Assembly: GCA_017444785.1 (NCBI GenBank)
Contig: JAFSVX010000010.1
Span: forward strand, 4,648 to 68,647
DNA length: 64,000 nt
Source: Clostridia bacterium
Lineage (GTDB): Bacteria > Bacillota > Clostridia > Christensenellales > UBA1242
Direction: 5' to 3'
Part shown: one piece after another, positions 1 through 10,688 of the stretch
How the letters are laid out: every line of letters starts with the position of its first letter
How positions within the stretch are numbered: position 1 is the stretch's first letter
Program-made: the position numbers and the translations under genes
Notes under the pieces: generated by a model
The model's database searches: none
Told to the model about the DNA's origin: nothing
Seen by the model: only the letters and a program-made list of their open reading frames with translations

Positions 1-382
1 GTGCAGGCAGAAGATATAAAACAATGCCGGTCGTGGTGTCCTGATGAAAGAGGATTGTAAGAAGATTTGGGAAACAATAAAGGACAATTGACACAAGCAC
101 GCTGATCGCAAGTGTCACCACCAAACAGGCAGTGATTGTGCTGTGCGCACCCTTTCTGTCGCCCACCGACTTTTTATAGGCTACAGTTCTGCTGGCAACA
201 AGCGGAAGTCCACTTGCAACAAGTGTCATAAAGATACCAAAAATGCTCATTGCCACCTGATAGTGTCCAAGCATTTCTGCGCCAAGTTCTCGCGACAAAA
301 TAATTCGCAAAATAAAGCCAAGCCCACGCGTCAAAACCGAGAATATTGTAACAATCATTGTCGCTTTAAAAAGTCTGTGCAT
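1..382 (-). CDS. MOP-superfamily flippase (SpoVB/MurJ-like), N-terminal 127 codons; gene runs off the window start
   Basis: Not in ORF track (edge-truncated). Reverse strand from ATG 380-382, GGGGAG RBS at about 388-393, reads MHRLFKATMIVTIFSVLTRGLGFILRIILSRELGAEMLGHYQVAMSIFGIFMTLVASGLPLVASR, typical of SpoVB/MurJ-type flippase N-termini. Confidence 0.55.
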   Translation of the reverse strand, partial: MHRLFKATMIVTIFSVLTRGLGFILRIILSRELGAEMLGHYQVAMSIFGIFMTLVASGLPLVASRTVAYKKSVGDRKGAHSTITACLVVTLAISVLVSIVLYCFPNLLTILFHQDTTTGIVLYLLPA

Positions 383-565
383 AAAGTCTCCCCTTTTTCT
401 TTAAAACTTACGCACGGACAGATTTTGCTATGATAATTCATCACTAAAATAGCAAAATTATGCATTTTTTTACAAAAATTGCGCACGAATTTGTTGAATG
501 CTTGCAATATCGCAAATTTTGGCTTAATATATTGTTATACTAAAAATGTAAAAGAAGGCAAAATT

Positions 566-1693
566 ATGATAACTGTCAGACAAATAAACAGCAAAAAAGA
601 CTTTAAAAAATTCGTCAAGTTCCCAGCTTGGCTCTATAAGGGCAATCCATACTATGTTCCACCATTTGAGCAGGACGAACTTGATTTAACAAATCCAAAG
701 AAAAATGCATGCTTTGAAGAATCCGAGGGCGCCTACTTTTTGGCAGAGGACGAAAATGGCAAGGTTGTTGGAAGAATTGCCGGAATCATTTCACACGCAT
801 ATAACCAAAAGAATAACACCAAGCGTGCAAGATTTTCCCGCTTTGAATGCATAGACAACAAAGAAGTTGCAGACAAACTTTTAAAAGCTGCAGAAACTTG
901 GGCAAAAGAGAATGGTATGGACAGTATCCATGGCCCACTTGGTTTCAACGATTTGGAGCGTGAAGGCCTTATGGTTGAAGGCTTTGACACCATGGGTTGC
1001 TATTTGACAAGCTATAACATGCCATATTATCAAAAATTCATCGAGGACAACGGTTACAGGCCTGACGCTCGCTGGGTTGAATGGCGAATTGGCGTTCCGG
1101 ACAAGCAAAACGAACGTGTTGTTAAAGTGGCTGATATGGTTGCAAAACGCTATGGTTTTTATGAAAAGCAATTCAAAACCTCAGGCGAAATCATTGACAA
1201 ATATGGCCTTAAATTCTTTGAACTTTTGGACGAGTGCTATAAGGATATCTATGGCACAATTCCTTTCAATAAAAAACTTGTAGCGCAGACAATCAAAGCG
1301 TTCAAACTTATAATCGATAAAAAATATGTCAGCCTGATTTTCAATAAAGAGGACGAACTGATTGGTTTTGGAATTGGCTTCCCTTCCCTTGCAAAAGCCC
1401 TCAATAAATCAAAAGGAAGATATCTTCCATTTGGAATATTCAGACTGCTTAGAGCAATCAAACACCCAAAAGTTTTGGAGCTTGGACTTATCGCAGTCAA
1501 GCCAGAATATCAAAAGCAAGGCGTGACCGCTCTGATTATCAAAAACATGCAACAGCGCATGATTGAAAACAAGATTGCCTATTGCGACACCGGTTGCCAG
1601 CTTGAAGACAACACGCAAGCCATTGCCGCTCTTGACATGTTCGACCGCGACCTGATCCGAAGAAAGACTTGCTATATAAAAGAAATGAAATAA
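566..1693 (+). CDS. GNAT-family N-acetyltransferase-like protein
   Basis: ORF 479-1693 opens with TTG; ATG 566 follows a GAAGG RBS. C-terminal KPEYQKQGVTALII resembles the GNAT acetyl-CoA motif (Q/R-x-x-G-x-G/A). Confidence 0.6.
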   Translation: MITVRQINSKKDFKKFVKFPAWLYKGNPYYVPPFEQDELDLTNPKKNACFEESEGAYFLAEDENGKVVGRIAGIISHAYNQKNNTKRARFSRFECIDNKEVADKLLKAAETWAKENGMDSIHGPLGFNDLEREGLMVEGFDTMGCYLTSYNMPYYQKFIEDNGYRPDARWVEWRIGVPDKQNERVVKVADMVAKRYGFYEKQFKTSGEIIDKYGLKFFELLDECYKDIYGTIPFNKKLVAQTIKAFKLIIDKKYVSLIFNKEDELIGFGIGFPSLAKALNKSKGRYLPFGIFRLLRAIKHPKVLELGLIAVKPEYQKQGVTALIIKNMQQRMIENKIAYCDTGCQLEDNTQAIAALDMFDRDLIRRKTCYIKEMK

Positions 1694-1709
1694 TATTTAT
1701 ATAAAAAAG

Positions 1710-1757
1710 AAAACATAAAAATGACTTAGCAAACTGCTAAGTCATTTTTATGTTTTT
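1710..1757. terminator. Bidirectional intrinsic terminator between convergent genes
   Basis: Perfect long hairpin AAAACATAAAAATGACTTAGC-aaact-GCTAAGTCATTTTTATGTTTT with A/T runs on both sides. Confidence 0.8.
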
Positions 1758-1764
1758 GCATTTA

Positions 1765-2250
1765 TTAAGCAACTTTTGCAAGAGTTAAAACTATTGTGGT
1801 ATTACCATCAACAATTGTTACAACAATTTTACTGTCTTTATACTCTGCAGTAGCAGTGCCTGAACCAAATGCTGATTCAGATATTGTAAAATTCAATTTG
1901 TTGTCTTTGATTTCCCAAGTTCCACATTCGGTATACTCAGCATTTTCAGCATAAGTTGCAGCTTTCAGTTTGTTATCATCAGTTAATTGATATTTTAAAA
2001 ATACTCCACTTAACTGATTGTATTCATAGTTTTCTGCACCAGTTCTGTCGTCGCCTTTTGTATGCAATTCATTGAATCTTTCATATGTATAGGTTGTTGT
2101 ATCCTCTTCTTGAGTACGTGATACTGATACAGTATACCAGCCACCAACCACATCGGATTTCTTCAAACCATCCTTGTTACATCCAGCAAGACCGAATGCA
2201 AGTGGTAAAACAAGCACAAATGCGAGCAATGAATAAATGAATTTTTTCAT
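1765..2250 (-). CDS. Secreted lipoprotein of unknown function
   Basis: ATG 2248-2250 preceded by GGAGGA; MKKFIYSLLAFVLVLPLAFGLAGC is a lipoprotein signal peptide with lipobox L-A-G-C. The longer ORF start at 2310 lacks an RBS. Confidence 0.7.
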   Translation of the reverse strand: MKKFIYSLLAFVLVLPLAFGLAGCNKDGLKKSDVVGGWYTVSVSRTQEEDTTTYTYERFNELHTKGDDRTGAENYEYNQLSGVFLKYQLTDDNKLKAATYAENAEYTECGTWEIKDNKLNFTISESAFGSGTATAEYKDSKIVVTIVDGNTTIVLTLAKVA

Positions 2251-2406
2251 ATTTTTTTCCTCCTTGAATTGATTGTAGCACTTCAAAAATTTTATGTCAA
2301 ACAAAATCATTGTCTAAATTAAAAAGATTGTAAATTTTTGTATTATTTTATCTTTTTAAAAATTTAGGATTACCTTAAATATTTTTAAATGTAGAGATTT
2401 ATTGGA

Positions 2407-2802
2407 TCACAAAATGTTTTCAAGACTAAATTTAAAATCATCGCTATAGTGCGACACATAGTAAGTCAGGCTTTCAAGTTCGGTCAACGCTTCGGTGAAG
2501 TTATCCTCTTCCACATAGGTTTTTATGCGCGCCATACCAACCTCAATATCTTTCAGACCGCTGTGCCAAATAAGTGATTTCAGCACTTTATTTTTTCCAT
2601 GCCAATAGTCGTGAATATCATCAATATAGGTGATGTTTTCTTCGGTGTCAATCTTGTCCTTAGTCGCCTCAAGCATTGTTTTATAGGTTTCAAGTTTGCC
2701 TTCAAGCACTTCAAACTCTTTGTTGACAAAATGATATTCAAGAGCGCAGGCAACGGCAAGCGACAAAATTATTGCAATCACGACAATCCATTTCTTTACC
2801 AT
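2407..2802 (-). CDS. DUF4363-like membrane-anchored protein
   Basis: Single N-terminal TM helix plus helical domain; overlaps by 7 nt the upstream DUF421 gene, the usual partner of DUF4363 in Firmicutes. Confidence 0.5.
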   Translation of the reverse strand: MVKKWIVVIAIILSLAVACALEYHFVNKEFEVLEGKLETYKTMLEATKDKIDTEENITYIDDIHDYWHGKNKVLKSLIWHSGLKDIEVGMARIKTYVEEDNFTEALTELESLTYYVSHYSDDFKFSLENIL

Positions 2803-3518
2803 TTTCCCACCCCGTCAAATGGCATTTTAAAAGTGAAATATTGCCCAGCATTTTTCCCCTGCAAAAAAACATTACCATTGTTATCAAGGGTAAACAAAAG
2901 CACATTTTTTATCTTCTCAATTTTTGCTTTTTTAAGGCAAGAATGTATAAATTCATCATTTATTCCAGTCAAATTTACATTTTCACGCATCAAAACTCCG
3001 TCCATAATAATATTGACGGGAAGTCCGTTTGGCTGAATCTGCACCTTCATATCTTCACGAGTTGGGGGCTCAATTGTTGCTTTTTTTATCACTGCAATTT
3101 TGCCATTTGTCTCCATTATGGCATAGGCCGTGTCCTCAACATTAAACACCCCATTACCACGAAGTGCTTCAATAAGGTCGTCAAGGTTCATATTCAGTTT
3201 TCGCATTTCGTTATAGTTGATACCTTTAGGGCTGATTATGATTGCCGGCCTGCCCGAAACAAGATAGCGCACACCCATACTCTTTCTGCTTAAAAAACAG
3301 ATGAAAAAGTGAACAACAAGCAGTGTAAAAATAGGCACAATTCCGTGCAAAAGAGGAACAGCCAACTCTTGCATAGGGTTGCAGGCAAGATCTGCGATTA
3401 TAAGCGTTATGACGAACTCAAATGGTTGCATCTCCCCCACTTGACGTTTGCCCATAAGGCGAATCACCACAAGCACAAAAAGATAAATCACCACCGACCG
3501 AATCAGCATTATACTCAT
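2796..3518 (-). CDS. DUF421 (YetF-like) membrane protein
   Basis: N-terminus MSIMLIRSVVIYLFVLVVIRLMGKRQVGEMQPFEFVITLIIADLA matches the conserved YetF/DUF421 N-terminal pattern. Confidence 0.7.
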   Translation of the reverse strand: MSIMLIRSVVIYLFVLVVIRLMGKRQVGEMQPFEFVITLIIADLACNPMQELAVPLLHGIVPIFTLLVVHFFICFLSRKSMGVRYLVSGRPAIIISPKGINYNEMRKLNMNLDDLIEALRGNGVFNVEDTAYAIMETNGKIAVIKKATIEPPTREDMKVQIQPNGLPVNIIMDGVLMRENVNLTGINDEFIHSCLKKAKIEKIKNVLLFTLDNNGNVFLQGKNAGQYFTFKMPFDGVGKW

Positions 3519-3571
3519 ACATCAAGTGTTGACAAATGAATGTGATTTATACTTATTTATTGTCTTGAAAA

Positions 3572-3811
3572 TCAATCATCTAAACTAACCAATTTAAAAT
3601 AATCACGATTAAAAAATTCAGTAAATTCAATTTCTAATCCAGAACATATATCATATATAGTACTCAACTTAACAGTTTTAATTTCACCACTTGCAATCGT
3701 ACTTAATGTAGATTGAGGAACACCTGTTAATCTAAAAAGTGCATATTGAGTCAAATTCTTCTCTTTCAATATTTCTTTGATTCTTTTTGCAACAGCTTCT
3801 TTTAATAACAT
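3572..3811 (-). CDS. XRE-family helix-turn-helix regulator (cassette 1)
   Basis: 79 aa; RIKEILKEKNLTQYALFRLTGVPQSTLSTIASGE is a classic Cro/C1 HTH; divergent from the SLOG-like gene. Confidence 0.8.
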   Translation of the reverse strand: MLLKEAVAKRIKEILKEKNLTQYALFRLTGVPQSTLSTIASGEIKTVKLSTIYDICSGLEIEFTEFFNRDYFKLVSLDD

Positions 3812-3917
3812 ATTTCACCTCTATCGTTGTATTGAAGTATTTATATGTTATGCAAAATTTAAGTTATTATACTTCGACGCATTGATATTTTTGAAAATTT
3901 ATGTTATCATTTAATAT

Positions 3918-4381
3918 ATGAATAATTTATATAAAATCTGTTCGTGTTTTGGTCATCACAAAATTGAGATTGATGAAGAACTTAAAAATAAAATTTTTAA
4001 TATCGCTGAAAGCTTGTTTTAAACGAAAAAGTGGAAACTTTTTTATTTGGTGGATTTGGTATGTTTGACAACCTTTGTCATCAAATTGTCACAAAGTTAA
4101 AAGAAATCTATCCTAATATAAAAAGAGTGTATGTTTTGGAAGAAGAAAAATGGATTGATGAATACAAGCGTCCTAAATATCTATCAAATGACGATTATGA
4201 AGAATTTGTTTATTATTCACCAAGATTTAATGGATTTTACAAGCGAATATATTTCAGAAATCTTGAGATTATCGACCGAAGTGATTTTATTTTGTTCTAT
4301 ATCAGAAACACTGAAAAAAGTGGAGCATATAAAGCCTATAAGTATGCTGAGAAAAACAAAAAGAAAGTCATAAATTTGTGA
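3918..4381 (+). pseudogene. SLOG/DUF1273-like protein, frameshifted paralog of 10107-10562
   Basis: ATG 3918 reads MNNLYKICSCFGHHKIEIDEELKNKIFNIAESLF then TAA at 4020-4022; homology continues in another frame from about 4019 (LNEKVETFLFGGFGMFD...). One extra T in the T4 run 4017-4020 would restore a full-length protein colinear with the paralog. Confidence 0.7.
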
Positions 4382-4414
4382 CTCTCTTCTTTATTTGCTA
4401 CTATATACAATAAT

Positions 4415-5179
4415 TTAAAAAATTATTTCTTTGAATATTTTTACAATTTTTTCCAATTCTCCAGGATTTTTATAGCGATGATTTGCATTTTCAAAGTAAT
4501 AAATTTTATAGTTATCTTTCAATTTTTCCTTGAAAAACTTTTCATTTTTCTTATAATTCACAACATCATCTTTTTTGCCTTGAATTATGTTTAAAAACAA
4601 CTTTTTACTATAAATATTTTCAAGTCTATTTTCTTTTAGCTCTTGCAAAAACTTTTTATCAATATAAAGTGGTTTAGCATAACCAAGATTAATAGCTTTT
4701 GTTTCAAGATTTTTTCCTGAATATCCATGCTCTGGTAAAATAACATTAACAAGCACTTCATCCATATAAATTGCAGGAGCCCGTAAAATAATTGATTTAT
4801 ATTGATTATCACTTTTTTGTATATGAATTAAAGTTAAATAAGCACCAAAACTTGTGGAAAAATAAGAAATTGGAGCTTTGTAATTTTGGGCATAACTTTC
4901 AATTATTTCCACAGCTTTTAAGCAGTCTTTCAATGATAAGATTTTTGCATTATCATTGTTACCATGACAAGGCAAGTCAAATGTAATAAGAAGTGTATTG
5001 TTTTTCATACATTCTTCACCAATAGCCTGCAAAACTGAGCTTTCCTTATCCCCTGCAAACCCATGAACACCAATGACGATCTGATCAATTTTACCAGGGA
5101 TATATTCTGTCGTGCTGATATTATTGATAATTGAGTTTTTAATCATTTGAAACAGGTTCTCCTTCGCTAAACAATTCAT
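4415..5179 (-). CDS. Alpha/beta-fold hydrolase
   Basis: VIGVHGFAGDKESS, nucleophile-elbow-like FSTSFGAY, and C-terminal NANH consistent with a Ser-Asp-His triad. ORF opens TTG 5182 then ATG 5179; ATG 5146 is also possible. Confidence 0.65.
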   Translation of the reverse strand: MNCLAKENLFQMIKNSIINNISTTEYIPGKIDQIVIGVHGFAGDKESSVLQAIGEECMKNNTLLITFDLPCHGNNDNAKILSLKDCLKAVEIIESYAQNYKAPISYFSTSFGAYLTLIHIQKSDNQYKSIILRAPAIYMDEVLVNVILPEHGYSGKNLETKAINLGYAKPLYIDKKFLQELKENRLENIYSKKLFLNIIQGKKDDVVNYKKNEKFFKEKLKDNYKIYYFENANHRYKNPGELEKIVKIFKEIIF

Positions 5180-5204
5180 CAACTAAAGTAATTATCATTC
5201 AACC

Positions 5205-8018
5205 TTAAACTAAAATTGGAGCCAAGGCTTGACCTGTATAAGATTTCTTAACTTTGGCCACCTCTTCTGGGCTGCCTTCGGCGACGATTGTTCCGCCCTT
5301 GTCGCCACCCTCTGGGCCAAGATCAATTATGTGGTCAGCAATTTTAATTATGTCAAGGTTATGCTCTATCACGACAACAGTGTTGCCACCGTCAACAAGA
5401 CGCTGAAGTATCTTTGAAAGTTTATGCACATCATAGGCTGAAAGGCCGGTTGTTGGTTCATCCAAAATATACATTGTCTTGCCAGTTGCACGCTTTGCAA
5501 GTTCGGTTGCAAGTTTAACACGTTGCGCCTCACCACCAGAAAGTGTGGTTGCAGCCTGACCAAGTTTGATATAGCCAAGACCAACATCAAAAAGTGTTTG
5601 CAGTTTATTTGATATTGCAGGGATATTTTCAAACAATTTCAGGGCATCTTCCACCGTCATTTCAAGCACATCATTGATATTTTTCCCCTTGAATTTGACT
5701 TCCAAAGTCTCGCTGTTATAACGCTTTCCATGGCACTCTTCACAAGTGACATACACATCTGGTAAAAAGTGCATTTCAATTTTGTTCACACCATCACCAC
5801 CACATGCTTCACATCTTCCACCCTTTACATTAAAACTGAAACGGCTTGACGTATATCCCCTTGCTTTTGCATCAGAGGTGCTTGCAAAAATGTCTCGGAT
5901 TGGAGTGAACACGCCTGTATATGTTGCCGGGTTAGAGCGTGGCGTTCTTCCAATTGGTGTTTGGTCAATAACAACCACTTTATCAAGAAAATCTATACCA
6001 TCAATTGCTTGACATTTGCCACCCACCAGCTTTGTTGCACCGTTAAGGTGTGTTGCAAGTTCTGGATATAAAATATCATTGACAAGGCTACTTTTTCCAC
6101 TTCCTGAAACACCAGTCACGCAAGTAAGCAGACCAACTGGGAACTTAACGTCAATGTTTTTGAGGTTGTGCTGAGATGCGCCATGGATCGTGATATATCT
6201 TCCGTCTGGCTCTCTGCGTTTTTTAGGAATTTCAATCTTTCTTTCGCCAGACAAGTATTTGCCAGTCAACGATTTTTCGCTGGCGATGATGTCATCAACA
6301 GTGCCTTGTGCAACAATCTGCCCACCATGAACCCCAGCCTTTGGACCAACGTCAACAATGTGGTCCGCCGCCCTTATGGTTTCCTCATCATGCTCAACCA
6401 CAATAACAGAGTTGCCAATATCACGCAGTTTTTCAAGCGTTTTGATAAGTTTCTTTGTGTCGCGTGGGTGAAGTCCAATGCTTGGCTCGTCAAGAACATA
6501 AAGCACACCAACTAAGGCACTTCCAATCTGACTTGCAAGCCTTATTCTTTGTGCCTCCCCACCAGAAAGTGTTCCTGCACTTCGTGAAAGTGTCAAATAG
6601 TCCAGTCCAACATCACTTAAAAATGTCAATCTTGATTTGATTTCTTTGAAAATATCTGCACCAATCTTTTGATCTTTTACAGAAAGGTTAAGTCCATCAA
6701 TCCACTTGATGATTTCTTTCACACTCAGATCTGTGACATCTGCGATATTTTTCTTTTCAATATAAACACTCAGTGCCTCGTCAGAAAGTCTTCTTCCATG
6801 GCATTTTTCACAAGGTTTAGCAATCATAAAACGCTCTATGTCCTGTTTGATAAAATCAGATGATGCCTTGGCATAGCGACGCATAAGGTTGTTGATGATA
6901 CCCTCGTATTCTCCACGATAGCTTCCAGAAAAACGGTCGGTGTTGTATTCAAGATCAATCTCTTCCCCATTTGTGCCATAGAAGATTATATCTTTAATTT
7001 CCCTTGGCAAATCTTTAAATGGAGTGTTCAAACTGAATCCATACTTCTCAGCAAGTGAGCGATAATACATCTTTGAAAATCCACCATCTGTCCAACCAGA
7101 CACATTTATCGCACCCTGATTCAAAGAAAGCTCTGGATCTTTCACAATCAAGTTTTCATCAATTACCATTTTAAAGCCAAGACCAGAACATTCTGGGCAT
7201 GCACCATATGCAGTGTTGAATGAAAACAGTCTTGGGCTGACCTCAGAAAAAGAATATCCACATTTCTCGCACGCATGCTTTGTGGAATAGAGTTTTTCTT
7301 TGCCGTCAGTGTCAATCACAACAAGTCCGTCTGCAAGTTTAAGTGCAGTTTCAATGCTGTCGTTCAGGCGTGATTTTACATCTTCACGAACAACAATACG
7401 GTCAACAACAACGCTGATGTCGTGCTTTTTTTGTTTGTCAAGCCTGATTTCGTCATCAAGGTTGTAAATCTCCCCATCAATTTTCACACGAACATAGCCA
7501 TTTTTCTTGAAACTTTCAAACAGTTTGCCATACTCGCCCTTTTTCCCTCGCACAACCGGAGCAATAACCATAAGTTTGCTTCCCTCTGGCGCCGAGAGTG
7601 CACTTTTAACAATTGCATCAATAGTGCTTGGTTTAATTGGTGTATGACAATTTGGGCAATATGGCGTTCCAACATGTGCAAACAAAAGACGTAAATAGTC
7701 ATAAATTTCAGTGATTGTTCCAACAGTTGAGCGTGGGTTGGCACTGGTTGTCTTTTGGTCGATCGCAATTGCTGGAGAAAGCCCCTCTATCATGTCAACA
7801 TCTGGTTTTTGCATCTGTCCCCAAAACTGGCGCGCATAAGAGGACAACGACTCCATATATCTTCTTTGCCCCTCTGCAAAAATAGTATCAAAGGCAAGTG
7901 ATGACTTACCACTTCCCGAAAGCCCCGTGAACACCACAAGTTTGTTTCGTGGTATTTCAAGGCTGACATTTTTAAGATTGTTTTCTCTTGCACCAACTAT
8001 TTTTATCGTCTTTTCCAT
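5205..8018 (-). CDS. uvrA: Excinuclease ABC subunit A
   Basis: 937 aa; two ABC ATPase modules ([26 protein letters not shown] twice) and Zn-finger Cys pairs. Confidence 0.97.
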   Translation of the reverse strand: MEKTIKIVGARENNLKNVSLEIPRNKLVVFTGLSGSGKSSLAFDTIFAEGQRRYMESLSSYARQFWGQMQKPDVDMIEGLSPAIAIDQKTTSANPRSTVGTITEIYDYLRLLFAHVGTPYCPNCHTPIKPSTIDAIVKSALSAPEGSKLMVIAPVVRGKKGEYGKLFESFKKNGYVRVKIDGEIYNLDDEIRLDKQKKHDISVVVDRIVVREDVKSRLNDSIETALKLADGLVVIDTDGKEKLYSTKHACEKCGYSFSEVSPRLFSFNTAYGACPECSGLGFKMVIDENLIVKDPELSLNQGAINVSGWTDGGFSKMYYRSLAEKYGFSLNTPFKDLPREIKDIIFYGTNGEEIDLEYNTDRFSGSYRGEYEGIINNLMRRYAKASSDFIKQDIERFMIAKPCEKCHGRRLSDEALSVYIEKKNIADVTDLSVKEIIKWIDGLNLSVKDQKIGADIFKEIKSRLTFLSDVGLDYLTLSRSAGTLSGGEAQRIRLASQIGSALVGVLYVLDEPSIGLHPRDTKKLIKTLEKLRDIGNSVIVVEHDEETIRAADHIVDVGPKAGVHGGQIVAQGTVDDIIASEKSLTGKYLSGERKIEIPKKRREPDGRYITIHGASQHNLKNIDVKFPVGLLTCVTGVSGSGKSSLVNDILYPELATHLNGATKLVGGKCQAIDGIDFLDKVVVIDQTPIGRTPRSNPATYTGVFTPIRDIFASTSDAKARGYTSSRFSFNVKGGRCEACGGDGVNKIEMHFLPDVYVTCEECHGKRYNSETLEVKFKGKNINDVLEMTVEDALKLFENIPAISNKLQTLFDVGLGYIKLGQAATTLSGGEAQRVKLATELAKRATGKTMYILDEPTTGLSAYDVHKLSKILQRLVDGGNTVVVIEHNLDIIKIADHIIDLGPEGGDKGGTIVAEGSPEEVAKVKKSYTGQALAPILV

Positions 8019-10021
8019 TTTCCACCTGTATTTTGTTTTTTCACTGGAGCCTCACCTTTAAGCTCCAAAAGTCTGTCACGAAGAATGATCGCCTTTTCAA
8101 AGTCAAGGTCTTTAACAACCATTTCAAGCTGTTTTTCAATCTCTTGAATTTGCAGTTTTCGCTCCTTTTCAGAAAGCGTATCTTTATCCGACAACTTCTT
8201 GGAAATTGTCAGCGTGTCTTTAACTTCTTTTATAATTGTCTTTGGCGTGATGCCATGCTTTTTATTGTATTCTTGCTGGATTTTTCTTCTTCTGTTTGTT
8301 TCGTCAATGGCACGCTGCATACTTCCAGTTATCACGTCACCATACATAATCACACGCCCTTCAGCATTTCTGGCAGCCCTTCCAATGGTTTGAATCAGTG
8401 CACCTTCACTGCGCAAAAATCCTTCCTTGTCTGCATCAAGAATTGCAACAAGCTTGACCTCTGGCATATCAAGTCCCTCACGAAGAAGGTTGATGCCAAC
8501 AATCACATCACACTGACCACTTCGAAGGCTATTGATAATCTCCATACGCTCCATGGTCTTGATTTCGCTGTGAAGATATGTGGTCTTGATGCCATGCTCC
8601 TCTAAATAGGCTGACAGGTTCTCTGCCATCTTCTTTGTAAGCGTGGTCACAAGAGCCCTGCCACCGGTTGCTATGGTCTTGTTCAGCTCGCCCAAAAGGT
8701 CGTCAACTTGGCCTTTGACCGGCTTCACAACAATCTCTGGATCAAGAAGCCCGGTTGGTCTGATAATCTGCTCAGCAACGTTGTCGGCGTGCTCCATTTC
8801 GTAAGGCCCAGGAGTCGCCGAAACACAGATAAGTTGATCAACTTTCTTCTCAAACTCATTGAATTTGAGTGGTCTGTTGTCATAAGCAGACTTCAAGCGA
8901 AAGCCATAGCCCACCAAACTGTCCTTTCTTGCCCTGTCACCATTATACATGGCGCGAATTTGCGGAATGGTCATGTGGCTTTCATCAATAATCATCAAAT
9001 AATCATCTGGGAAATAGTCCAAAAGTGTGTAGGGTGCCTGGCCTGGCTTTCTGCCATCAAAATAGCGCGAATAGTTCTCCACCCCACTGGTATAGCCCAT
9101 CTCTCGCATCATGTCTATATCATACAAGGTTCTTTGACGAAGGCGCGCAGCCTCCACAAGTTTGCCCTGATCTTCAAAGGCCTTGACCTCTTTTTCCATA
9201 TCTTCTTCAATTTGTTTCAGACATGCTTCCATTTTTTCTGGCGAAGAAACATAGTGCGATGCCGGATAGATTGCAACATGGTCAAGTTTTGCAATTGCTT
9301 TGCCAGAAATTGCCTCCACCTCATAGATACCGTCAATCTCGTCACCGAAAAAATCTATGCGAACTGAATGCTCACTTGATGATGCTGGAAATACTTCCAA
9401 AACGTCCCCACGAACACGAAAATCCCCACGATTGAAATCAATGTCATTGCGCATATATTGGTTGTCAACAAGTCTTTCAATCACTTTTTCCCTTGAAATT
9501 TGCTGGCCAGGGCGCAAACTTATTGCAAGTTTTTCATATTCAGCCGGCTCACCAAGGCCATAGATGCAAGAAACTGATGCAACAATTATGACATCTTTTC
9601 GCTCAAACAAACTGCAAGTTGCACTGTGGCGGAGCTTGTCAATCTCGTCATTGATTGCAAGGTCCTTTTCAATATAAGTATCAGAAGACACAATGTATGC
9701 CTCTGGCTGATAGTAATCATAGTATGAAACAAAATAGTTCACGCTGTTTTCTGGGAAAAATTCACGAAGCTCGTTGCAAAGCTGTGCAGCAAGAGTTTTG
9801 TTATGCGCAATCACAATGGTTGGACGCTGGACTTTCTCAATAATATTTGCCATGGTAAAAGTTTTACCGCTTCCGGTAACACCAAGCAAAACCTGCTCCC
9901 TAAGTCCATCTTTTACGCCCTGCACAAGACTTTCAATAGCCTGTGGTTGGTCGCCCGTTGGCTTAAATTTACTGTGAATTTTAAACTCCAACTCTTTGCC
10001 TCTTTTGTTTATTTTTTCCAA
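8003..10021 (-). CDS. uvrB: Excinuclease ABC subunit B
   Basis: 672 aa; [17 protein letters not shown] helicase motifs and C-terminal UVR domain. TTG start; 16-nt overlap with uvrA. Confidence 0.97.
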   Translation of the reverse strand: MEKINKRGKELEFKIHSKFKPTGDQPQAIESLVQGVKDGLREQVLLGVTGSGKTFTMANIIEKVQRPTIVIAHNKTLAAQLCNELREFFPENSVNYFVSYYDYYQPEAYIVSSDTYIEKDLAINDEIDKLRHSATCSLFERKDVIIVASVSCIYGLGEPAEYEKLAISLRPGQQISREKVIERLVDNQYMRNDIDFNRGDFRVRGDVLEVFPASSSEHSVRIDFFGDEIDGIYEVEAISGKAIAKLDHVAIYPASHYVSSPEKMEACLKQIEEDMEKEVKAFEDQGKLVEAARLRQRTLYDIDMMREMGYTSGVENYSRYFDGRKPGQAPYTLLDYFPDDYLMIIDESHMTIPQIRAMYNGDRARKDSLVGYGFRLKSAYDNRPLKFNEFEKKVDQLICVSATPGPYEMEHADNVAEQIIRPTGLLDPEIVVKPVKGQVDDLLGELNKTIATGGRALVTTLTKKMAENLSAYLEEHGIKTTYLHSEIKTMERMEIINSLRSGQCDVIVGINLLREGLDMPEVKLVAILDADKEGFLRSEGALIQTIGRAARNAEGRVIMYGDVITGSMQRAIDETNRRRKIQQEYNKKHGITPKTIIKEVKDTLTISKKLSDKDTLSEKERKLQIQEIEKQLEMVVKDLDFEKAIILRDRLLELKGEAPVKKQNTGGKWKRR

Positions 10022-10106
10022 TACGTTTATATTTTACTCTTTTTATTAAATAATTTCAAGTAAAAGAATACCATAAATAAAATTTCTCAAACTTTTGTTT
10101 GTAAAA

Positions 10107-10562
10107 TTAAATACTGATAATTTTTTTCTTACATTTCACAGCATATTTATAGGCTTTATATGCCCCACTTTTTTCTGTGTTTCTTATATAAAATATAACA
10201 AAATCACTTCGGTCAATTATTTCAAGATTTCTGAAGTAAATACGTTTGTAAAACCCGATATATCTTGGTTGATAGTATTCAAATGATTCATAGTCATCAG
10301 TGCTTAAATATTTTGGTCGTTTGTAATCATCAAGCCATTTTTCATCTTCCAAAACATAAACTCTTTTTATGTCAGGAAATTTGGTTTTCAATGTTGTAAC
10401 AATTTGATGACACAAATCATCAAACATTCCAAAACCACCAAATAAAAATATCCTTACATTCTCATTCAGAATAAAATTTTCAATAATATGATAAAGATTT
10501 TCTTTAAGATTTTCAGTTATCTCAATTTTAAGATGTCCAAAGCAGGAACAGGTTTTATACAT
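10107..10562 (-). CDS. SLOG/DUF1273-like (YpsA/YoqJ-type) protein, intact paralog
   Basis: 151 aa; N-terminal CSCFGH and FLFGGFGMFD (GG-x-G-x-x-D-like) resemble SLOG/DUF1273 motifs; GGAG RBS 8 nt upstream of ATG. Family call made from memory and is tentative. Confidence 0.5.
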   Translation of the reverse strand: MYKTCSCFGHLKIEITENLKENLYHIIENFILNENVRIFLFGGFGMFDDLCHQIVTTLKTKFPDIKRVYVLEDEKWLDDYKRPKYLSTDDYESFEYYQPRYIGFYKRIYFRNLEIIDRSDFVIFYIRNTEKSGAYKAYKYAVKCKKKIISI

Positions 10563-10688
10563 TTACGTAACTCCGTAAAAATTATAATAATTTATCAGAA
10601 GTAAGTAAAGTAATTTACCGAATTCAGTAAGATTATTTTTATCATAAAATCTAAAATATTTACCAAACTAAGTAAATATGAGGTTTTT

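Noticed and set aside
143-433. 96-aa plus-strand ORF at the window start
   Set aside because: It lies antisense to a much more convincing edge-truncated flippase gene (1-382, minus) that has an RBS and a typical SpoVB/MurJ N-terminus. The plus-strand product is Cys/His/Lys-rich with no RBS.
8708-9367. 219-aa plus-strand ORF inside uvrB, and similar long ORFs inside uvrA, secY, map and the P-type ATPase
   Set aside because: All are antisense or out-of-frame within strongly conserved genes.
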